DNA from: the human T2T-CHM13v2.0 reference genome, Homo sapiens
Length of the DNA: 64,000 bases
Reading direction: 5' to 3' (one strand)
Assembly: GCF_009914755.1 (NCBI RefSeq)
Contig: NC_060930.1
The notes beneath the pieces are model-generated. The model made no database searches, was not told the DNA's origin, and worked only from the letters and a program-made list of their open reading frames with translations. The stretch's first letter is position 1. Each line of letters opens with the position of its first letter. This document shows positions 53,286 through 64,000 of this stretch, piece after piece. Position numbers and translations under genes: made by a program.

Positions 53286-55867
53286 TGATATCTCATTATG
53301 GTTTTGATTTGCATTTCTCTAATGATCAGTGATGTTAAGCTTTTTTTCATATGTCTGTTGGCTGCATGTATGTCTTCTTTTGAGAGGCATCTGTTCATGT
53401 TCTTTGCCCACTTTTTAATGGGGTTGTTTTTTCTTGTAAATTTAAGATCCTTATAGATGCTGGATATTAGACGTTTGTCAGATGCATAGATTGCAAAATT
53501 TTTCTCTCATTCTGTAGCTTGATTACCCTGATGATAGTTTCTTTTGCTGTGCAGAAGCTCTTTAGTTTAATTATATCCCATTTGTCAATTTTTGCTTTTG
53601 TTGCAATGGCTTTTGGCATCTTCATCATGAAATCTTCACCTGTGCCTTTGTCCTGAATGGTATTGCCTAAATTTTCTTCCAGGATTTTTATGGTTGTGAG
53701 CTTTACATTTAAGTCTTTATTCCATCTTGAGTTGATTTTTGTATATGGCTTAAGGAAGGGGCCTAGTTTCAGTTTTTCTGCATATGGCTAGCCAATTCTC
53801 CCAGCATCATTTATTAAACAGAATATTCTTCCCCCACTGCTTGTTTTTTGAGGTTTGTCAAAGATGAGATGGTTGTAGGTGTGCAGTCTTATTTATGCCT
53901 TCTCTTTCTGTTCCATTGGTCTATGTGTCTGTTCTTGTACCAGTACCATGCTGTTTGGTTATGCTGTTTGGTTACTGTAGCCCTGCAGTATAAAGTTGGG
54001 TCACATGATGCCTCTAGCTTTTCTCTTTTTGCTTAGGATTGCCTTGGCTATTCGGGCTCTTGTTTGGTTTTATATGAAATTTGAAATAGTTTTTACTAAT
54101 TCTGTGAAGAATCTTAATGGTAGTTTAAGGGGAATAGCAATGAATCTATAAATTGCTTTAGATAGTATGGCCATTTTCATGATACTGATTCTTCCTATCC
54201 ATGAGCATGGAATATTTTTCCATTTGTTTGTGTCATCTCTGATTTCTTTGAGCAGTGGTTTGTAGTTCTCCTTAAGGAGAACTGTTCACTTCCCTTGTTA
54301 GCTGTATTCACAGGTATTTTATTCTTCTTGTGGCAATTGTGAATGGGAGTTCATTTGCAAGTTGGCTCTTGGCTTGTCTATTGTTAGTGTATGGAAATGC
54401 TAGAGATTTTTGCACATTGATTTTGTATCCTGAGATTTTGCTGAAGTTGCTTATCAGCTTAAGAAGCTTTTGGGCTGAGACAATAGGGTTTTCAAGCTAT
54501 AGGATCATGTCATCTGCAAACAAAGATAGTTTGACTTCCTCTCCTCCTAGTTAAATATGCTTTATTTCCATCTCTTGCCTAATTGCCCTGGCCAGAACTT
54601 CCAATACTATGTTGAATGGGAGTGGTGACAAAGGGCATCCTTGTCTTGTGACAGTTTTCAAGGGGAGTGCTTCTGGCTTTTGCCCATTCAATAGAATATT
54701 GGCTATGAGTTTGTCATATATGGCTTTTATTATTTTGAGGTATATTTCTTCAATAATTTATTGAGTTTTTAATTTGAATGTATGTTGAATTTATCAAAGG
54801 GCTTTTCTGCATCTGTTGAGATAATCATGTGGTTTTGGTCTTTAGTTCTGTTTGTGTAGTGAATCACATTTACTGATTTGCATACATTAAACCAACCTTG
54901 CATTCCAGGGACGAAGCCTACTTGATCATGCCGGATAAACTTTTTGATGTGCTGCTGTATTCAGTTTGCCAGCATTTTGTTGAGAACTTTTGCATTGGTG
55001 TTCATCAATAATATTGACCCGAATTTTTCTTATTGTCAGGTTTTAGTATCAGGATGATGCTGACCTCATAAAATGAGATAGGAAGGAGTCCTTCCTTTTT
55101 AATTCTTGGAATAGTTTCAGTAGGAATAGTACCAGCTCTTCCTTGTAACTCTGGTAGAATTCAGCTGTGAATTCACCTGGTCCTGGGCTTTCTTTGGTTG
55201 GTAGGCTACTTATTACTGCCCCATTTTCAGAACTCATTATTAATCTATTCAGGGATTCAATTTCTTCCTGGTTCAGTCTTGGGAGGGTGCATGTGTCCAG
55301 GAATTTATCCATTTCTCCCAAATTTTCTACTTTATGTGCAAGAGGTGTTTATAATATTCCCTGAGGGTTGTTTGTGTTTCTCTGGGGTCAGTGGTAATAT
55401 CCCCCTTGTTGTTTCTGATTGTGTTTATTTCAATCTTCTCTTTCTTCTTTATTAATCTAGCTAGCAGTCTATTTAATTAGTTTTTTTTTTTCAAAAAAAT
55501 CCTAGATTTGTTGATTTTTTGAAGGCTTTTCATGTCTCTATGTCCTTCAGTTCAGCTCAGATCTTGGTTATTTCTTGTCTTCTGCTAGCTTTGAGGTTTG
55601 TTTGCTCTAGGTTCTCTAGTTCTTTTAGTTGTAATGTTAGATTGTTAACTTGAGATCTTTCTAGCTTTTAGATGTGGGCATTTAGTGCTACAAATTTCTG
55701 TCTTAATGCTGCTTTAGCTGTGTCCCAGATATTCTGGTATGGTGTATCTTTGTTCTCATGAGTTTCAAATAACTCTTTGATTTCTGCCTTAATTTCATTA
55801 TTTACTCAAGAGTCATTCAGGAAGAGAAGGTTGTTCATTTCCATGGTGTTGTGTGGTTTTGAATAGA

Positions 55868-56165
55868 TTTTTTTTTTTTTTTTTGGAGACAGAGTCTCAT
55901 CACTCTGTCACCCAGGCTGGAGTGCAGGGTTGTGATATCAGCTCAGTGCAGCCTCCTGGATTCAAATAGATTCCCTTGCCTCAGGCTCCTGAGTAGCTGG
56001 GATTACAGGTGTCTTCCACCATACCTGGCTAATATTTGTATTTTTAGTAAAGACAGGGTTTCACCATGTTGCCCAGGATGGTTTTGAACTCCTGAACTCA
56101 GGCAATCCACCCACCTCAGCCTCCCAAAGTGCTGGGATGACAGCTGTGAGCCACTGTGCCTGGCC
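55868..56165 (-). mobile_element. Alu (old S/J) inside the L1
   Basis: Dimeric Alu reverse complement; TSD ttgaatagattt. Confidence 0.9.
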
Positions 56166-57148
56166 TTGAATAGATTTCTTAATCTTAAGTTCTAATTTGA
56201 TTGTGCTGTGCTATGAGAGACTGTTATTATTTCAGTTCTTCTGCATTTGCTGAGAGTGATTTACTTCCAATTATATGATCAATTTTAAAGTAAGTGCTGT
56301 GTGGTCATGAGAACAATGTATATTCCTTTGTTTTTGGGTGGAGAGGTCTATAGATATCTATCAGGCCCACTTTATCCAGAGTTGAGTTCTGGTCCTGAAT
56401 ATTTTTGTTAATTTTCTGTCTAAATTATCTGTCTAATATTGTCAGTGGGGTGTTAAAGTCTCACACTATTATTGTATGGGAGTCTAAGTCTCTTAGAAGG
56501 TCTCTAAGAACTTGCTTTATGAATCTGGGTGCTACAGTATTGGGTGTATATATATTTAGGATAGTTAGCTCTTCTTGTTGAATTGAACCCTTTACCATTA
56601 TGTAATGCCCTTCTCTGTCTTATTTGATTTTTGTTGGTTTAAAGTCCATTTTGTCAGAAACTAGGATTGCAACCCCCGCTTTTTTTCTGTTTTCCATTTG
56701 CTTGGTAAATTTTTCTTCATTCCTTTATTTTGAACCTATGTGTGTCTTTGCATGTGAGATAGGACTCTTGAAGACAGCACACTGATGGGTCTTGGTTCTT
56801 TATCCAGCTTTAAAAGACTCTATGTCTTTTAATTGGGGCATTTAGCCCATTTATATTTAATGCTAGTATTGATATTGTGTGTATTTGATCCTGTCATCAT
56901 GATGCTAGCTAGTTATTTTGCAGACTTGTTTATGTGGTTGCTCCATAGTGTCACTGGTCTGTGTATTTCAGTGTGTTTTTGTAGTGACTGGTAACAGCTT
57001 TTTGTTTTCATATTTAGGGCTTCCTTCAGTTCTTGTAAGGCAGATCTGGTGGTGCCAAATTCCCTCAGCATTTGCTTATCTGAAAAGGATCTTATTTCAC
57101 TTTCAATTATGAAGCTTAGTTTGTCCAGATAAGAAATTCTAGGTTGGG

Positions 57149-57456
57149 GGCCAGGTGCAGTGGCTCGTGCCTGTAATTCCAGCACTTTGGGAGGCCAAGG
57201 CAAGTGGATCACTTGAGGCTAGAAGTTCAAGACCAGCCTGGCCAACATGGCAAAACCTCGTCTCTACTAAAAATACAAAAATTAGCCAGGCATGGTGATG
57301 CATACCTGTAATCCCAGCTACTTGGGAGGCTGAGGCACAAGAATTGCTTGAACCCAGGAGACAGAGTTGCAGTGAACCGAGATCACACCACTGTACTCCA
57401 GCCTGGGGGACAGAGGAAGACTCCATCTCAAAAAAAAATAAGAAAGAAAGAAAAAG
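57149..57456 (+). mobile_element. Alu (Sx/Sz/Jb-like) inside L1 ORF1
   Basis: Dimeric Alu; degenerate TSD aagaaattctaggttgg / aagaaattatgtgttgg. Confidence 0.9.
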
Positions 57457-60400
57457 AAATTATGTGTTGGAATGTCTTTTCTTTAAGAATGTTGAATATC
57501 TACCCCCAATCTCTTTTGGCTTACAGTGCTTCCATTAAGAGGTCTGCTGTTTGTCTGATGGGCTTCCTTTTGTAGGTCACCTAGCCTTTCTCTGGCTGCC
57601 TTTAACATTTTTGCCTCCATTTTGACCTTGGAGAATTTGATGATTATGTGTCTACGGAATGATCTTCTCATGGAGTACCTTACTGGGGTTCTCCGCATTT
57701 CCTGAATTTGAATGTTGGCTTGCATAGCTAGGTTGGGGAAGTTTTCCTGGACGATATCCTAAAATATGTTTTCCAAATTGGTTTCATTCTCCCTGTCTCA
57801 AAGCAAGAGTTTTATACAAATTGGTTTATATCTGTTCCAACCTATAGCACACTCAACCAATATTCAGCTATTAAACCTGATTGCACAAAACAATAAAATT
57901 GGTTGAACTAATGCTTTCTCTCATCCACGGAGTACTCACACATACACATAAAAGTATGATAGTAGGTGCTTTTAGATGTATTTCTCAGCTAAAATATGAC
58001 AAGTACATGAAGTTTTAATTATACCCCTTTCAGAAGAAATTTTCCCTTTCAATTGCCCTACCAACTCCAAATGTACCAACAAATTTCCCATGAATCACAG
58101 ACAGACTATTATAACCACTTGAGAACAGGAACACAGCTGATGTTCTCACTTTTATTTTCTCAGGACCTAGAAGAATATTTAACCCATAATAGATGGTCAA
58201 AATTAACACCACACACACACACACACAAGCACACGTGTGTGCACACACATAAATTCCAATAGTTATCTAAGGAAAAGTATAGAATGAAGACAATAACAGA
58301 AACATTAGTCTTATTTCTTTTGGTGCCACACTCTTCACTTTGAAATTCCCTGGATTCATCTCTCCATTTTTTCTTCTTTCTTTCTTTCCTTTCCCATAAT
58401 GTGACAAATTTTGAGGTGGTAGGAATTTAAACATGAGTAAGTCATGTTTCCCACCATCAGATGAAAACAGGTATATATACAAATAAATAATGTGATATAC
58501 TTGAAATGATGACATACTTTTTAATTACATGGAGGTTGACTCTGTTTTTATTCCCAGCTGCTTCAAACTGGAGTCTATCAATGTGTCTATTACAAGAAAA
58601 TTCTGCTAAAATAAAATAAGCACATGCCATATAGAGATTTTTATAAAGGCATTCTCCTTGTATCACAATAATAAATATTTCAGCTAGTTACATGAGCAAA
58701 AGAATTCACCCTAACGTACCCTCCAGAGCAGATCATCTGCAGGTCTAAACTGACAAATCCTCAGCTACAATGACACTTGCAGAGGATTTCTCTCTTTTGA
58801 GGAGTGGAAAGCTGGCATCTATGTGCCACATTCTCTAGAATTAACATCCTTTCCATAAAATTACTCAAGATATTTCAGAGCAATCACTCAGAAATAGTTA
58901 TTTATACAACTTACTTAATAATATAAGTGATGGACCACCTCTAATTTAAGTGTGTTCCAGTGCTTTCCACCGTGTCCTGCCTTGGCTACAGATATTCCAC
59001 CCTATCCTGTCAGTGACCAATCTATCCTACTTGAGAGAATGAGCACTGGCATATGGAGGGAACCAGCTGGAATTTCTGTTGCTCAATGGGTGGCTGATGG
59101 GGGAGCTGATCTGGAAAGAGGCTCCAAAAAGAATTAATGAGTTCCAGATGTAATTAAAGACTGCTTTTCCCCCCAAAGGGGCTCAGGACTAGCCATGGGG
59201 TGGTGCCTCTTGGTTCCGAATTACACCCTTTAACCACTTGTTCATCCATCAAGCACTAAACACCACCATCTTTATCCTAGTGTGTTTTGCCAAGCAGTGT
59301 TTTGGCTTTTTGGTCTTTTTTTCCTGAAAGTGTTCTATTTTTACAATTAGAACACTAAAGCTTTAAAAATAATATCTGGAAAGTTAACAATAAGGAGAAA
59401 CCCCTGAATTTATCCCTGCACCAAATGCAACAACAACAACAACAAAAAAGACTCAGTGTTTTATTAGAAATGCATTAACTAGCCTCAAGACCAGAAAACC
59501 TGAGCCAGACTGAAAGACAGATGTCTCTGAAAGAGGGCTGGGGCTTCTTTTGTATCAAGAACAATTTGACTACCACAGTTACAAAGCATTCCATATAAGT
59601 TCAACGCTAGATTTAAACTCACTTTTTTTCCCAGCAAAGTAGGGAATCAAGGTCACTATTGTGTAGCATTCCAAGGGTCTGACACTTGTCTAAATCCTGT
59701 AGAAATGAGATCAAGGGCAAAGGGCACAGATCCTGGGAATAATGATGGGGTCACATGAACAGGCATAATTTAGGGCAGGCAGACCCACTGCTTGTATGGT
59801 ATGCACTGTATCAGGCCCCATAACTTAGGTGGTAAGACAGTTTCTACTACAACCCTGCTATTGTCAGGAAAGCAGCCTGTACTGACTTTGGACACAGCTC
59901 AGACTTCTGAGGGAGAGCAATGGCATGCCAGGCAGAGCAGGACATACAAGGACTATTTGTGGGCTTGTTATATTCCTGTACCTTCCATAATTAATGGGTT
60001 TTTTTTCTACATTCAGCCTTGGCTCCTATGTTTTCTATTAAATATATGAACCAAAGGAAAAGTAAATTTTAAAGCTATTTGAATCACTATTAAATGATCT
60101 AATCTTCCTTTGTAGAAAGAAAATATTTTTAGCTCCAAAGTGACTACTTTAAATATACATTTTACACAATGATTGGTGATATTTTCTTTCTTTTGTGGTC
60201 TCGTTTAACTTTGGAGGCATCTAACAATTTATCTAAATAGTCTATCATAATTTATAAAGATGAATGATAACATCCAAGAAAAGTATTCCTAAAATAGAAT
60301 GGAAACTCTTATACATAAATAGTTCACAGAGATGAAAGATGAACATGATTGAAAATTAGTGTCAAGTAGACTAATTTACTGAGATGATGGTATTCAGTTC

Positions 60401-60685
60401 TCTAGAGTTCATTCTCTTGTAGAAAAAGCTGACCAGAGATGTGCTAGAAGATAAGGATGCAGTCTTTCTATAACTAAACTCTTTTCAAAGAAGTGCTAGC
60501 TTTATAGTCTGCCTTTTTCATCAAATCCACACAGGTGGTTTCTTTATTCTACTCTGCCCATCATTTTTTTTTCAAACTGGTCTTAAAAATAGGCAGAAGA
60601 GGCAGTTTCAAAGTGCCCAGAAGCACACGATTCAAGACTAAAAGCCAGTTTCCTGACACCCTGAAGAAAAACCATCTGCTGGCCT

Positions 60686-60688
<3 letters not shown>

Positions 60689-60754
<66 letters not shown>
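60689..60754. repeat. Compound microsatellite (TG)20(AG)13
   Basis: Read directly from the sequence. Confidence 0.97.
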
Positions 60755-60759
<5 letters not shown>

Positions 60760-62781
60760 ATGGAAGGGGAGGAGAGAAAAATAGCTCTTCTCACTCTCAC
60801 CTCATGAGAAGAGTCCCATTTAAACTTTGGACAATAAATCCCCATCCCACTCCCCACATTCTTTCTGTGTCTTTTTCAATCACACACAGACATGCATAAT
60901 TCCCATAGTAGAATAAACATTTTAAATTATGATATTTTAATTGATCAATAAAATGTTTAACATACAATGTTTATTTCTTCCTCTAGTCTATACCATCTGT
61001 TCTTCAGAAATATTTTGAATCTATTTAATAGGAAGGTTTTTAAGTAAAATTACCAACTGTATCAGATCAGTCCTCTGCATCCCAAATTCTGAAAGGAAAA
61101 TACCAGAAGGTGCTGCTGTTTTCATAAAAATAGAAAAGAATCTGTGCCTTCTCTCATCCCAGGCTTTATTATTATTGTTTTAAATCTAGAGACGGTGCTA
61201 TGCTACTGTTCTCTTCATCAGACTTCAAAGAAATCAGAGTGGACGACATGGCATTGCCATTTAAACCAAGGTCTATAGTTGTCACCTTGCTCAGATGGCT
61301 CAAGGCAAAAACAACAACAACAACAATCAAACGAACAAAAAACCTAGACCTTGCAATCCCCAGAAGACCTAAAAAGGAACAATATGCATTTTGATAAATT
61401 TTAGGTCTGATGTTAAACTACAGTTTGGCTTTATCCACATAATTCTATTACCTGTATACATTGTTAATGAATTCTAACTAACATGAGGTTTGGGGATAAA
61501 ATCCCTCTCCAATCCTGTAGTGAATAATGCTTAATATGTGAAAAGGCATAAACTGGCAACTCTCAGGTGATCCAATTATTAAATTTTTACATGTTACAGT
61601 TGGTGTTAAAGCCAAACTAAGCGCCAAACTTATTTTCCTATGTGGGTTTTTGTTTTGATTTGTTTCCTTAAGAATAATAACATGATCAACTTTTAGTAAA
61701 TAAATATATTTTGTACTTTTACCCTGAATAGAAAAATATGAATATCTATGAAATAAGTGATTCACTCCTGAAAGGTGCTGTTTAGGCAAAGGTCCAGATA
61801 TCAAATATTGTATCAAATAAGTTTATTTCTCCCCATCAGGTCTTTTTTGAAAATAAATCTTCTCTTTTTGTCTCTGCTTGACACTAGACAGGGCAATATA
61901 TCCAAAAAACTATGAGATTCTTTAATTTTCCTCGGTATTATTGACTTTTTTTCTTAAGTTCTCAATTGTTTCTTCTGCAGGAAAAGAAACCCAAAAGATT
62001 ATTAAAATCTTAAAAATAAGATGCTTGTATCCTATTTGTTTGTTAAATATACATATATCAATTATAATTGATTTTTAAGAGAGAGTTTAAAATGTAGTAT
62101 CTGAGTAGCAAATATTTAGTAAATAATCTCTACTTTCTATTTTAATATGTTGTACCAAAATTTATATTTTCTGAGCAAACCAATCTATATGTTGTGCTCC
62201 TAAATTAATAAAGTGCTTATATTTTATAAAGTACAAAATAACTTCTGTAGAAGTTGTCATTGTTCTCAATATTTTTATATTTTCCATATTTTTTGGAAAG
62301 TCCCCAAAAATTAACTCCCTTAAAAGTCTTCTTGTAAATTCCAGTAAATTACATGTATTCAAAGCAAGGAGTTCTTGCTTGGGGTTTCCAAAATATGTTA
62401 TTTTCCACTTGAATTCGAATATTGTCCCAGAGATCATGAAGGTTCCTAGAATGTTTATTCACAATTCTAACTATTCTAACAATAATATCTGGATTCTACA
62501 ACCTCTATCAAAAGTCCCAATACTCTAAAATATCTTTGCATGGTAAACATACTGAAATCCTTGTCCTTAGAGTTAATTCCTCTTTTTAATCCAAGATGAC
62601 TAGAAGACCCCAGGAGAAAAATGATATATAAAGAAAAGGTATTATCACTGACCAATACATTTGTTCATTCATCCATTCATTCACTTAGCAAATACTACCA
62701 AGTGCTTTGTCAGACACTGTGATATATGCCAAAGAAACAAACATAAATAAAACAAGGCTTCTACTTCACATAGAGAAGAAA

Positions 62782-63065
<284 letters not shown>

Positions 63066-63427
63066 AGGTAATGAAATTGATGGGATGAGTTTTGGAAGAA
63101 CAAAGAAGTAGATGTGAAGTCCTTTTAGTATTTGCTTCTGATACCCACCAAAATGATCATGGCAAAGCCCAGGCAACATTTCAAAGTAAAAAAGACTATG
63201 TCTGTTTCTTCCTACTTTTGAGTGCCCATCCATCTCTGAGAAACTACTGACCTCATTTGCTCACAACTACCAAATGGCCAGAATCCCACTGATGCCCAAC
63301 CACCAACAGCCCACACAGATGAAGGGTCTCAGTAGTTCTATAGTTCCAGTAATTTCTCAGCTGTGTCCCAAGTCCCTCTAGGCTCAACTCACTTATACAT
63401 GACTAAGTAGAGAAATACTAATTCATT

Positions 63428-63439
63428 GGGGGGGGGGGG
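63428..63439. repeat. G12 homopolymer
   Basis: Read directly from the sequence. Confidence 0.9.
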
Positions 63440-63871
63440 CGGTAACAGGAGAAATTAAGCGAAATGCCACATAAAAAATTATTACAGTGGCTGGCACGTA
63501 AAAGGCATTCAATTATCAGCTATTGTTTTCATATGCCCAACATGTAGCTTGGAGTACTTGCTCTATACCTGTCACTTCGCTATTGTGTGAACCAAAGAGA
63601 CACAGTTCTTGGCCTCATGAAATCTAAAATTTTGTGGAGGAAATAAGACATTAATACACAATTGCAAAATTTACTTCATAAGCACAAACTCTGCAAATTG
63701 GTAAGAAGAAAAATACATAATACTATGAGAGTAACAGTGAGGGATCAAGGGTGAGACCTAAAGAGTGAGCAGCAGTTAACTAGGTGTAGAGTTGCTCCAG
63801 AGAAAGGAGGCAGGACAGATGAAAAGTCAGAAGTGGGAAAGAGCTCCATACATCCAAAAGACTGAAAAGCA

Positions 63872-64000
63872 AGAAATGCAAATCAAAATCACAATGAGAT
63901 ACCATCTCACACCAGTCAGAATGGCTATTATTAAAAAGTCAAAAAATAATAGATGCTGACGAGGCTGTGAAGAAAAAGGAATGCTTATACACTGTTGGTG
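63872..64000 (+). mobile_element. L1 ORF2 3' segment (older L1PA/L1PB), continues past the window end
   Basis: agaaatgcaaatcaaaatcacaatgagataccatctcacaccagtcagaatggctatt ([18 protein letters not shown]). Confidence 0.85.

Overview
AT-rich, repeat-dense primate DNA, most likely human, lying entirely inside PKHD1 (fibrocystin/polyductin, the ARPKD gene) on the minus strand. Eight GT-AG coding exons (138, 114, 88, 155, 153, 879, 169 and 158 nt) splice into one open 1854-nt frame of 618 codons. Their sizes and translation match exons 53-60 as I recall them, covering the second G8 domain and the PbH1 beta-helix region. The rest is intron, filled with Alu, L1, L2, MIR, MaLR/ERVL LTR and DNA-transposon fragments. 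Repeat subfamily calls and many repeat boundaries were made by eye and are approximate. I see no new protein-coding system. The most notable items are structural and splicing-related: (1) three primate L1 insertions within 4.3 kb of intron 55, two with 5' inversions and one with a probable 3' transduction, two sharing the same L1 breakpoint and forming a ~535-bp inverted repeat; (2) a ~326-bp AT-rich palindrome with internal tandem duplications in intron 54; (3) two 28-30 bp direct repeats 1.3-2.5 kb apart that look like locally templated insertions; (4) a consensus cryptic donor 25 nt past exon 56 and a latent pseudoexon in intron 56.
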